Part shown: one piece after another, positions 1-9,001 of the stretch
Layout of the letters: every line of letters starts with the position of its first letter
Numbering within the stretch: the first letter of the stretch is position 1
DNA from: Myxococcales bacterium
Lineage (GTDB): Bacteria > Myxococcota_A > Polyangia > Polyangiales > DASUME01
DNA: 64,000 nt
Direction of reading: 5' to 3'
Assembly (NCBI GenBank): GCA_047601445.1
Contig: JASGJH010000001.1
Location: forward strand, 6,752,001-6,816,000
Notes under the pieces: model-generated
What the model saw: the letters and a program-made list of their open reading frames with translations, nothing else
What the model was told of the DNA's origin: nothing
The model's database searches: none
Translations under genes and position numbers: made by a program

Positions 1-1583
1 TTGGCGCACTCGTGTGTCGAGCCCTGAGCAGCGGCGCGCGCACGTCGACGGCGAAGGATCCCTCGCGAACAAAGTGCCAGGATCGCGAGCCAGAGCAGCA
101 GGGATGGCTGCTGCCCTTGGACCGCGTGCACCCGGCAACCGCAACCGTCCCCATGAGTCGCGTCGGTTGGGTCGCTCGCCGAGCCATCCATCGTGCTCGC
201 GCTCGCGTCGCTGCCCGCGCTGCTAGAGCTGCCGCCGTCCTTGGTGTCGCCCGGGCTGGGGTCCGACCCGCCGTCGGGTGAGGTGCCGCCAGCATCGGGC
301 CCGCTTGCCACGCAGTCCCTGGACAACGCGGGCAGGGGCAAGTGCTCACGGTACAGCGTCCACATCTCCTCGGAAAATGGGTCGGCGCCGTCGGCGTCGG
401 CCACGTCGCCGGCCATCCAACGATCGACGTAGTCGAAGTAGGCATCATGGTTCCAGAGGCTCTTGGCGCCGAGCATGGAGGCGGAGAGCATCTGTCCGAC
501 CCAGTAGCCGCTGGTGCAGCAATTGCGGTAGTCGATGCAGCCGTCCACCACGCCCGCCGGGTCGCGACAGTCCTTGGCACCCGAGCCCGAACAGCCCGCT
601 CCAAAGTAGTCACCGAAGCCGTCTCCACAGTCCCAGCCGAACAGGGCCTTTCCACCCGCGCCGAAGTAGGTTTGGCCGTCCTCGCCAAAGGTCGCGTCGT
701 CGTAGTCCGTTCCGAGGGCCTTCATCTCGCAGTCGTCGAGCAGCGCTGCCGCGAACACAATCGGCCACTTGCGACCGCTGTGGTGACCGCCGTTGGGGGC
801 CCAGTTGCCACCGGCCTTCAGGATTCCGTAGTTGTCGATGCCGAGCTGAATCAGCGAAGCTGCCAGCTCTTTCTGTTGCGGCGTATCGAGCAGCACGTGG
901 AGCGCTGCTGCGCTGATGAAGGCCGAGACCTCGCGGCCGTAGCATGCGTGCTCGCCAGGCCCGTTGTTCCAGTTCTCCTCCGCACAACTGAATTGAATGG
1001 TCCAGGAGCTCAGGTGATCTGCGCGCGGACGGTCGGCTTGAACCAGGAGCTGCGCGCCGCTGGGGGCCGACTTGGGCGTAGGTAGCTTCGGTAGCCGGTC
1101 CCAGTGGATCTGCGAGAGATTGAAGGTCTTCTTGTAAGTCCCCGCGAACGCCGGACGAAAGGTCCCGCTGGGCTGCGGCGCATCCACCACGGTCAGCACC
1201 GCCTGCGACACCATGTTGCCGGCGTTCATGATCACGGCGCCCTCGGGCTTGCTGACGCTCGAGACGATCGATTGTCCCGCCTGGAAGGTACGGGGAAACG
1301 AGACCTGATCCTCAGTCTTGTATTCGCCACCGCGAGAGTCGTAGCCCTGACGCCCTCCCATGGGGTTCACGCACGATCCGTTGCGCATCCCGGTCGGTGC
1401 AGGCGAGACGGATTGAACGACCACCGGACCTACGACCCAGTAGTCGCCCGTCGCAAACTGGCCGGATTCATGAGCGTGATCGAAGGTCCACGTCACGCCG
1501 TACTGGGAGATCGACGACACGGGAGCGGCCTCTGCTTGTGACGTCCACAGCAGCGCTAGCAGCAATCCAAGCCATGTTCTCAT
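1..1583 (-). CDS. Secreted/surface protein of unknown function with MYXO-CTERM-like C-terminal sorting signal (3' end runs off the window)
   Basis: Manually translated; absent from the ORF track because there is no stop in the window. ATG at 1583 after a GGAGGGGGAG RBS. Signal peptide MRTWLGLLLALLWTSQAEA, then SISQYGVTWTFD..GQFATGDYWVVGP, a DAG/DGG linker, and GDGCGCRV + hydrophobic LLLWLAILALC + RRRRAR. Confidence 0.85.
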   Translation of the reverse strand, partial: MRTWLGLLLALLWTSQAEAAPVSSISQYGVTWTFDHAHESGQFATGDYWVVGPVVVQSVSPAPTGMRNGSCVNPMGGRQGYDSRGGEYKTEDQVSFPRTFQAGQSIVSSVSKPEGAVIMNAGNMVSQAVLTVVDAPQPSGTFRPAFAGTYKKTFNLSQIHWDRLPKLPTPKSAPSGAQLLVQADRPRADHLSSWTIQFSCAEENWNNGPGEHACYGREVSAFISAAALHVLLDTPQQKELAASLIQLGIDNYGILKAGGNWAPNGGHHSGRKWPIVFAAALLDDCEMKALGTDYDDATFGEDGQTYFGAGGKALFGWDCGDGFGDYFGAGCSGSGAKDCRDPAGVVDGCIDYRNCCTSGYWVGQMLSASMLGAKSLWNHDAYFDYVDRWMAGDVADADGADPFSEEMWTLYREHLPLPALSRDCVASGPDAGGTSPDGGSDPSPGDTKDGGSSSSAGSDASASTMDGSASDPTDATHGDGCGCRVHAVQGQQPSLLLWLAILALCSRGILRRRRARAAAQGSTHECA

Positions 1584-1728
1584 CGGCTCCCCCTCCGAAC
1601 TCTCACGCCTACCACGCGGAAGGGGGAGGACCCCAAGCAAAACGTGGACCGAGGCGACCTGCCAGGCCGAGGCCCAGTTCGTCACCAGCGATGCACAAGT
1701 GCGAGGAGGACGCTCGGAGCTCGCTAGA

Positions 1729-2130
1729 TTACAGGCTAATCAGCCAGTCCTCGGCGTGGCGAGGATCCGTGAACACCCGCACGGTGATGCCGAGGGTGGC
1801 GTAGCTCTCGGTAAAGCGCCTCATGTTCATCTGCCCGACGACGGAAGCGGGCGGCACCAATGCCCAGTACTTCCAGCCAGCCTTGAGGGTCGCGGGGAAC
1901 CAGACGGTCTTCGCCCACTCCTCGTCTTCGGGCGGCAGCGCACCGTTGAGGCGATCGTCAGAGAGCCACTTGGTTGCGCCCTCGCGACGCATGCACTCGA
2001 CACCGATCGAGAGCGCTTGGCGAAACACCTCGCGATAGCAAGGCTTGTGCATCTGGTGGTGAACTAGCTTGTTCGAAGGATCGATCCAAACCGTGATGTG
2101 CTCGTTCTCTACGGCTGCCTGACGACTCAT
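1729..2130 (-). CDS. Small STAS/SEC14 (SpoIIAA-like) domain protein
   Basis: Start MSRQAAVENE at 2130. KWLSDDR...WFP..LKAGWKYWALVPP...VRVFTDPRHAEDWL pattern is typical of this family. Confidence 0.7.
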   Translation of the reverse strand: MSRQAAVENEHITVWIDPSNKLVHHQMHKPCYREVFRQALSIGVECMRREGATKWLSDDRLNGALPPEDEEWAKTVWFPATLKAGWKYWALVPPASVVGQMNMRRFTESYATLGITVRVFTDPRHAEDWLISL

Positions 2131-2311
2131 GCTGTGCGATCTTCGACCGATCGGGCAGGAGGGTGCCAGTGCAATTGCGCCCCGTGGCTCGCATTTCTCG
2201 CAGCGAATCAAGCTCGTACTCAGCTTGACTGACAGAAGGTCGCATCTTGCCTGGGCTGGCAGAGAGAACGAGTTGCTTTGCGGACAAGCGTGTCGTTTTC
2301 GTGCACGACAC

Positions 2312-2340
2312 AAAAAAAGGCCCCGCTGAAAAGCGGGGCC
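2312..2340 (-). terminator. Rho-independent terminator downstream of the sugar-binding protein gene
   Basis: Minus strand reads GGCCCCGCT-TTTC-AGCGGGGCC followed by TTTTTTT: a perfect 9-bp stem plus U-tract, about 35 nt after the stop at 2374. Confidence 0.9.
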
Positions 2341-2373
2341 CTCTTGGGCACTTCGAGCGTCGACCGCCCGTGC

Positions 2374-3774
2374 TTACTCGCTCAGACTCGGGTACTGGTC
2401 CACACAGGCGGAGGCGAACGCGGCCGCATCGCCGTTCTTGACCGCCTCGAGCACGGCCTTCTGCCAGCAATCCCAGTACGAGGCAGGAGCGTAGTCCCAG
2501 GCGCAGCGCATGAGCGACACGCTGGGATCGCGGAAGGCCTCGGCGGTCTGACGACCCACGGTGTCGTAGCCCGAGGTGTCGGCGTCGATGCGTGCGGGCA
2601 GCGCGCCCTTGAGCTTGTTGAAGGAAGTCTGCACGTCAGGAGAGGCGATCATCTTGAGGAAGTCGATGGCAGCCTCGCGGTGCGGTGCGTCCTTCGACAT
2701 CATGAACGTGTCGCCCGCATACACGAAGGCCTTGGGCGGGAACTGCACGACGCCGAAGTCCGTGTCGGCTACGTCGCCCTTGGACTCGAGGTACGCCTTG
2801 ACCCAGTTTCCATGCAGGAACATGGCCGCGCGACCACTGTGCACCAGGTCGGCCGCACCTTCCCACTGCAACTTCAGCGCGTGAAGGTCCGAGCCGGTGG
2901 CCGCCAAGCTCTCGTTGCCGGCGTTGGAGTAGTCCTTGAGCAGCTTGACGAAATCGTTGGCCGCCGCGATGTAGCGAGGGTCCGCCGGATCGGCCTTGCC
3001 CGCGTAGTAGTCCTGGCGGAACTGCACGCCGCCTTCGCGGGCCATCAGGACCGCGTCAGCCACGAAACGCACCGGCCACGCAGAGTCCGTGTAGCCCGAC
3101 GAGATCACCATCGGAATGATCGGATTGCCCTGGGAATCGACGGCGCCCTTGAGCTTCTCGCCGATGGCCCACAGATCTTCCATGGTCTGAGGCGGAGTCA
3201 GGTTGTACTTGGCGAAGATGGCCTTGTTGTAATAGAGGTCGTTGATGCGGCCGACGGAGAGCGGAAGCGCGTAGATGCCGTCGCCTTCCTTCATCGACTC
3301 CAAGATGCCCGCCGGGAACTTGTCGAGCCAGCCCTCCGACTCGTAGAGCTGGCGCAGGTCCGCGGCCATGTTCACCGGCGCCACACCCGCATCCGCATCG
3401 GCCTGGAACTGCGTGTAGCTGGTGAACTGGTTGCCGAAGATGGTCTGCCACGCGTCCGGCGGCTGGCCCGCTGCCAGGCGTGTGCGCAGCTTCTTGACGG
3501 CCTCTTCCACCGTTCCCGACGCGTTCGCCACCGTGGTGGAGTTGAGCACGTCACGGCCCGGGAACCGCGTGCTGTAGCTGTCGATCAAGTTCGCGAGGGC
3601 TTGCGCTTCACCGCCGGCCGTCCACCAGCTGTAGATCTCGACCTGATCTTGATCGGCGCCAGCATCCTCCAGCGGGCCGTTGCTAGCCTTCTCCTCGCTG
3701 TCCCCACAGGCAGCGCTGAGCGCGCACAAGAGAGCGGTGGCTCGTCCAAGACGAGTTTTGACAACATACTTCAT
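2374..3774 (-). CDS. Carbohydrate ABC-type substrate-binding lipoprotein (glucose/mannose-binding-like), orphan
   Basis: Start MKYVVK at 3774; lipobox LSAAC. VEIYSWWTAGGEAQAL, GQPPDAWQ, AAMFLHGNW and FNKLKGALPAR motifs of family-1 sugar SBPs. Confidence 0.85.
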   Translation of the reverse strand: MKYVVKTRLGRATALLCALSAACGDSEEKASNGPLEDAGADQDQVEIYSWWTAGGEAQALANLIDSYSTRFPGRDVLNSTTVANASGTVEEAVKKLRTRLAAGQPPDAWQTIFGNQFTSYTQFQADADAGVAPVNMAADLRQLYESEGWLDKFPAGILESMKEGDGIYALPLSVGRINDLYYNKAIFAKYNLTPPQTMEDLWAIGEKLKGAVDSQGNPIIPMVISSGYTDSAWPVRFVADAVLMAREGGVQFRQDYYAGKADPADPRYIAAANDFVKLLKDYSNAGNESLAATGSDLHALKLQWEGAADLVHSGRAAMFLHGNWVKAYLESKGDVADTDFGVVQFPPKAFVYAGDTFMMSKDAPHREAAIDFLKMIASPDVQTSFNKLKGALPARIDADTSGYDTVGRQTAEAFRDPSVSLMRCAWDYAPASYWDCWQKAVLEAVKNGDAAAFASACVDQYPSLSE

Positions 3775-3913
3775 CGAAACCTTCCCCCTTACTATCTGAC
3801 TCGAGTTCGTTCCCCGCGAGCTCGATGGCACTCAAATTTCAGCCAATCAAGGCGTGTCTGTCACCAGACAACGCGCAGTCTTGAGATGCACAACACGCTT
3901 GCGCGGGCGCCCT

Positions 3914-6812
3914 TCATTCGCCGACGAGGCTCGTCGGAGAGAGTTCGCGCGAGAGTGCTGCATGGAGCTCCTCGAACTCCGTCTGCAGTGAACACGTCAG
4001 GTCCACGCACTCGTTGAGGTTGCCCGCTTCGGCGCTGTGCTGAAGTCGTTCGGCGACATTGGCGAGCGGACTTGCCGCGAGCGCCAGCGCCGCTCCCTTC
4101 AGCTTGTGGGCCGCCGCGCGCAAGGCCTTCGTGTCGGCTGCTTCGATGGCTCCGATCACGTCGTTCACCTGCGTCGGCATTTCCAGCAGGCACATTCTCA
4201 GTAGCTCCACCGAGCGCCGAACGCCAGGATCCAACGCCGGCTGCGCGCCTCGTGCTGCGCCGCTCGCGACATCATTGCTCGGTTCGTGGCTGGTCGGCAG
4301 GATGGCGATGTTGGGCACCGTTGCGCTGGCGTCGGCGCGCTCGTCCGCTGCCGGAGGATCGCTCTGGCCGTCCCCGTCGCGACCGTAGCGAGCCAGCATG
4401 CGCTCGAGAGCATTGCCCCGCAGGGGCTTGGAGAGATAGTCGTCCATGCCCGCCGCCATCACGCGCTCACGCTCGCCGGTCATGGCATGGGCGGTCAGCG
4501 CGATGATGAGCTGGTGCTTGCCCGTCGTCTGCTCGATTTGACGGATCTCGCGCGTGGCCGTGTAGCCGTCCATGACCGGCATCTGGCAGTCCATCAACAC
4601 GACCGAGTAGTCCTGTGCGCGCACCTTCTCGAGCGCCTGCGCGCCGTCGTCGGCCACGTCGACCAGGTAACCCAGCTCCTGCAGCTGCTCGGCTGCCACG
4701 AACTGATTCACCCGGTTGTCGTCCACCACCAGCACCTTGCCCCGGCGCGAACGCGTGTTCTTGGGGGCGCTGGGCAGGCGCTTGCGCTCGATGTGGCCCG
4801 TGAACACCGACTGCAAGGAGTTGTAGAGCTCCGACATGCGCAGCGGCTTGTGTAGCTGAGCGGCCGCCTGCAGGCCGACGCTCTGCAACTCGCTCGCGTT
4901 ACCAGAGTGCGAGACCACGATCAGGGGTACGCGTCCCTTGCCTGCCTTGGGAGCCGCGGCCTCCATCAAGGTCTGCAGCTCGAGTGCTCCCACCGGCAAG
5001 CCGGCTACCACCACGTCGAAGGTCCGACCCTGACGCACGAGCTCGTTCAAGCGAGGGAGCCCGATCTTGACGTTGGGCACCGTCTCGCACTGCATGCCCC
5101 AGGCTTCCATGTGCTCGCGAATGATTCTCGCGCCAGCGGTGATTGCCCTCGATGACCAGGGCCGAACGACCCGTGTGCGAGGCCTTGTGGGGTTGGTTGG
5201 CGGAGGCCTCCACGCCGCTCTTCAGCGTGAACCAGAACTGGCTTCCCATGCCGGGTCGGCTCCACACGCCGACGTTGCCGCCCATCATCTCGATCAGGCG
5301 CTTGGAGATGGCCAAGCCCAAGCCGGTACCGCCGTGCTTGCGGACCATGGAGCCGTCGACCTGGGAGAAGGCGTCGAAGATCGTCTTGACGTCGTCCTCG
5401 GCGATGCCGATGCCCGTGTCGTTGACCACGGTGTGCAGAACCACCTCATCGTCCGTGCGCTCATCCACGCGCAGCTCGACGAAGATCTCGCCCGTCTCGG
5501 TGAACTTCACTGCGTTGCCGACCAGGTTGTTGAGCACCTGGCGGAAGCGGTCCGCGTCGCCCTTGATGCGGTCCGGCACGTCCTTGGCCACCCGGTAGAT
5601 GATCTCCAGGCCCTTTTCGGAGGCGCGCGTGGACAACAGCTCGGCCACGTCCTGCACCACGATGCGCGGTTCGAACGGAGCCTCGTGCAAGGTATACTTG
5701 CCCGCCTCCATCTTCGAGAAATCGAGCACGTCGTTGATGATGGTGAGCAGCGCCGTGCTCGAGGCGTCCATGGTCTCCGCGTAGCGACGCAGCTTGTCGT
5801 CGAGCGGCATCCCGAGCATCAGCTTCACCAGGCCCATCACGCCGTTCATCGGCGTGCGAATCTCGTGGCTCATGTTGGCCAGGAACTCGCTCTTCAGGCG
5901 CGCCGACTCCAGCGCTTGCTCGGTCTTGGCCTCGAGCTCCTCGAAGGCCCGTTGGTTCACCTCGAGCATGTGATTGAAGGCGGCGGCCAAGATCTCGAGC
6001 TCGTCGCCGCTGCTCACCTGCACGCGCACGTCGCGGCGTCCCTCGGCGATGGTGTAAGCGGCGCCCGTGAGCTCATTGAGGGGCTTGGATACTTGTTGGA
6101 GCGCCTTCCGGACCAGCAACGCACCGAGCGCGATGCCCAGGATGGTGAGACCCGCCACCGTGAGCAACATGGCGTTCAGCGCCTGGTCGGCGCGGGCCCG
6201 GGCCGTGGCCAGCTCTCGGTGCATGCGCTGCGTGCTGAAGCCGTAGCGAATGGTCCCCAGCAGCTCGCCGTCTTCGCTGACCGGCGCTGCGAAGTCGAGG
6301 ACGTCCTGATTGAAGAGACGAACCGCCCGCTCGGAGGCCTTCTCGGGATGGAGTTGTGCGACGGTCAGCCCGAGCTCCGCATAGCGCTTCAGGTCGCGAG
6401 CCGTGGCGGCCCCGGCCTTCTGGGTCGGGGAGATGTACGCCCACGGCGTGTTGTCCGCGGCCAGGAACAGGCCATACACGATGTCCGGATCGCGTTCTGC
6501 GGCCTGCTCGACCAGGGAGGACACGTCTCCGAAGGCATTGTCGGCGACCAGTCCGCGCAGGGCCAGGGCGTGGTTTTCGGTCAAGACCCGCGCCTTCTCC
6601 ACGATGCCTGCCCGGATCAGGCGCTGGGTCTCGCGAGCGCTCTCCTCATTGGCCCGGTAGTTCACGTAGGTGACGCTCACCAGCATGGCCAGGCTGAGCG
6701 GCAGCATGATGCCGAGCATCACGCGCATGAACTTGGCCTGCAGGGTGCCGCGTTTGGCCCGGGTCAGGACGTGTTCGTTGGCGTTGGTGGCGGGGGCTTC
6801 TTGCAAGGTCAT
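3914..6812 (-). CDS. Hybrid sensor histidine kinase (2 TM, periplasmic domain, HAMP, HisKA, HATPase, pseudo-REC, REC, Hpt); +1 frameshift at ~5125
   Basis: Joins ORFs 4899..6812 and 3914..5110. Motifs EFLANMSHEIRTPMNG, NLVGNAVKFT, GGTGLGL, REC VLMDCQMPVMDG, Hpt AAHKLKG. Removing one T of 5125-5126 gives a continuous RWREIIREHMEAWG. Confidence 0.9.
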
Positions 6813-6816
6813 CGGC

Positions 6817-7263
6817 TCACTTTGCTTCCGGCGACCGTCGACGCGACTGCGACGACACGCGTGCGACCGTGGGGACGAGCTCATGGCGTAGGTTGCGCTT
6901 GGACAGCACGGCGTCCGCGCCGCACTCGGCGCCCATACCTGCCAGCTCCTCCACGGCGCAGCCCGAGATCAGGATGACTCCGATGTGACGTAGCCGGGGA
7001 TTGTTGCGGAAGAGCTTGGCGACCATGTCTCCGCGCAGGTTGGGCATCAACACGTCCAGCAGCACCACATCGACGCCCTCGGCGCTGGCGGTGCGCGTGG
7101 CGCCGATGGGAGAGTTCAGTTCGACGACGCGACAGCTCGGCGCCAGCAGCTCGCGAACCAGGGAACGCGCGATGTTATCGTCGTCGATCACGAGGACCGC
7201 CGTCTGCGCTTTCGCCCCGGCGGAGGCGTCTCGCGAACTATTCTCGGAACTGAGCTTCGGCAT
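6817..7263 (-). CDS. Single-domain response regulator
   Basis: VLVIDDD, VLLDVLMP, ILISG and LSK receiver motifs; no output domain. Confidence 0.85.
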   Translation of the reverse strand: MPKLSSENSSRDASAGAKAQTAVLVIDDDNIARSLVRELLAPSCRVVELNSPIGATRTASAEGVDVVLLDVLMPNLRGDMVAKLFRNNPRLRHIGVILISGCAVEELAGMGAECGADAVLSKRNLRHELVPTVARVSSQSRRRSPEAK

Positions 7264-7277
7264 GGGTAGTGTCTCCT

Positions 7278-8303
7278 CTACTTCAGGACGACATCGACTT
7301 TGGAAAGGGCATCTTCACGCAGCGCGAAGAGCTCGTTGGCTCTCAGGTAGTCCATCACCGTGGTGGTCGAGACCGGCAGCTGAACTTCCGTGTTCTCGAA
7401 CGCCCAACCGTTGTCCCGCGCGTCGAACAGGATGCCCGCCGCCTGGGTGCCGAGCGCGGTGTGATCCGGAAGGACCGCGAAATCTCCGAAGCTTCCGCCC
7501 GCAGTGACCAGCGAGCGCGCTCCGACCAAGGTCGGGATGTAGGGGTGCTCTTCGAGCCCGGCGACCCAGCCTTCGCTGAGCAATTGCCGGGTGAGGAGAT
7601 GGTCATCGTTGAGCACCCACAGCGCGTCGACCTGGTGCTTCAAGCGCCGCAGGGCCGCCTTGATCTCGGAAGGATTGGGGGAGGGTGAGACGACCTGACT
7701 CACGACCGACACGTTCTCGCGCTTGGCGAGCGTCGCTTCGAACTCGACCAGGCCGGTGAAGGCGGCGCGCCGGATCACGCCCACGCGGGCCACCGGGTGG
7801 GTGATCAAGCTACGCAGGTTGCTCACCACGGTGATCAGCGGAACCTCGTAGCGGATGCCGGTGGCGTTGAGAATTCCGAGACCCTTCTGCTCGAGCAGAG
7901 AGGTCATGACGATCACGGCGGGTGGATAGGACGCCGCGCGGTTGGCTCGCTGATATTCGCGATAGGCGGCCACGGTCGGGTTGTTGATCAGCACCAGCGC
8001 CGAAGGGCGATGACGCGTGATGGCTTCGTGGATGGAGGCACTGTCCTGCTTGCGCTGCACCAGCACGCCGATCAGCTGGATGTCCGCCGACAGTTCGTCG
8101 CACAGGCCGGTCCACACCTGGCGCGCGTGTTCGTTGTCAGGCATGCAGACCAGGACCCGCTCGGCGCGACCTGCTCCCGCCGTACTGCCGAGCTCGGCGT
8201 AATGCCGACCTGTCTGGCTCGCGGTTTGGCGCGCCCCGCAGGCGCTGAACAGCGCGGCTGCAAGCGGAACCTGGATCAGGAATTTGCGTCTAGTCAGCGC
8301 CAT
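7278..8303 (-). CDS. Tat-exported lipoprotein with ABC substrate-binding-like (ABC_sub_bind-like) fold
   Basis: Twin-arginine motif TRRKFL, lipobox LFSAC. ATGIRYEVP...RVGVI...VDALWVLND pattern resembles the ABC_sub_bind family. Confidence 0.6.
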   Translation of the reverse strand: MALTRRKFLIQVPLAAALFSACGARQTASQTGRHYAELGSTAGAGRAERVLVCMPDNEHARQVWTGLCDELSADIQLIGVLVQRKQDSASIHEAITRHRPSALVLINNPTVAAYREYQRANRAASYPPAVIVMTSLLEQKGLGILNATGIRYEVPLITVVSNLRSLITHPVARVGVIRRAAFTGLVEFEATLAKRENVSVVSQVVSPSPNPSEIKAALRRLKHQVDALWVLNDDHLLTRQLLSEGWVAGLEEHPYIPTLVGARSLVTAGGSFGDFAVLPDHTALGTQAAGILFDARDNGWAFENTEVQLPVSTTTVMDYLRANELFALREDALSKVDVVLK

Positions 8304-8926
8304 TCGTCGATTCCAAAGGGACGGGTAATGCTGAGGGGAAGCTTGGCGACAGCGGCCAGGGCGTCGTTGCCCTGGGAATTCAACACCGCCACGGCGGGCA
8401 GACCGACGCGCGTGGGCAGCTCGCGGGCGAGCAGCTTCATCTGCGTCGTCGCTTGCAGCTCGGCCAAGAGGCGGCTCGGCAACATGACCGCGTCGACCCG
8501 CGACATCTGCAGCAGGGGCAGCAAGTCCTCGAGCTTGGTGACGCGCTCCACCTTGGGACGACCACCGGTCATGGAGTTGACGAACGCCGTCGTTCCGTCG
8601 CGCCCAAGCAGGTCGAGGGCTCCCACACCGCGAACGTGCGCTGGATCCGGTGCGCGCTCGGGAGCCACCAGGGAGTAGCTCTCGTCGGCCTTGCCGTTCT
8701 GATAGCCCAGCAGGCGCGGCGTGAGGTGGTTGGCGGCGAGCACCGGCGCCAGGGTCAAGACGGCATCGGCCGCTCCCTCTAGCCCACGCTGAAAGTCCGC
8801 CACGCGACCGACCGCCGTGACGGCGAGCGTCTTCAACGCATCCTGCAGCTCTGCCTGCAAGGCGCGCTGCTTGACGATGAGATGAAGGAACACGAGGAGA
8901 CGCGGCATGCTCTTGTCGTCTTTCAT
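8294..8926 (-). CDS. Hypothetical protein, probable periplasmic binding-protein-like fold
   Basis: Lies in the operon and overlaps the next gene by 10 nt. ERVTKLEDLLPLLQMSRVDAVMLP resembles type II PBP motifs. No clear signal peptide, so the start is uncertain. Confidence 0.55.
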   Translation of the reverse strand: MKDDKSMPRLLVFLHLIVKQRALQAELQDALKTLAVTAVGRVADFQRGLEGAADAVLTLAPVLAANHLTPRLLGYQNGKADESYSLVAPERAPDPAHVRGVGALDLLGRDGTTAFVNSMTGGRPKVERVTKLEDLLPLLQMSRVDAVMLPSRLLAELQATTQMKLLARELPTRVGLPAVAVLNSQGNDALAAVAKLPLSITRPFGIDEWR

Positions 8927-9001
8927 ACCTGCAGATTCACGCCTGCCTGCGTTCGACCAGGCCTGCGGGACGTGCGTCGATTCAGTACGTTCAGGGACTC
9001 G

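Noticed and set aside
2155..2169. TGGCAC...CTGC sigma54-like promoter on the minus strand upstream of the STAS/SEC14 gene
   Set aside because: Spacing is GG-N9-GC, one base short of the strict N10 requirement.
5120..5130. Programmed ribosomal frameshifting in the split genes
   Set aside because: No slippery heptamer or long homopolymer at any of the sites; the shared +1 pattern is better explained by sequence error.
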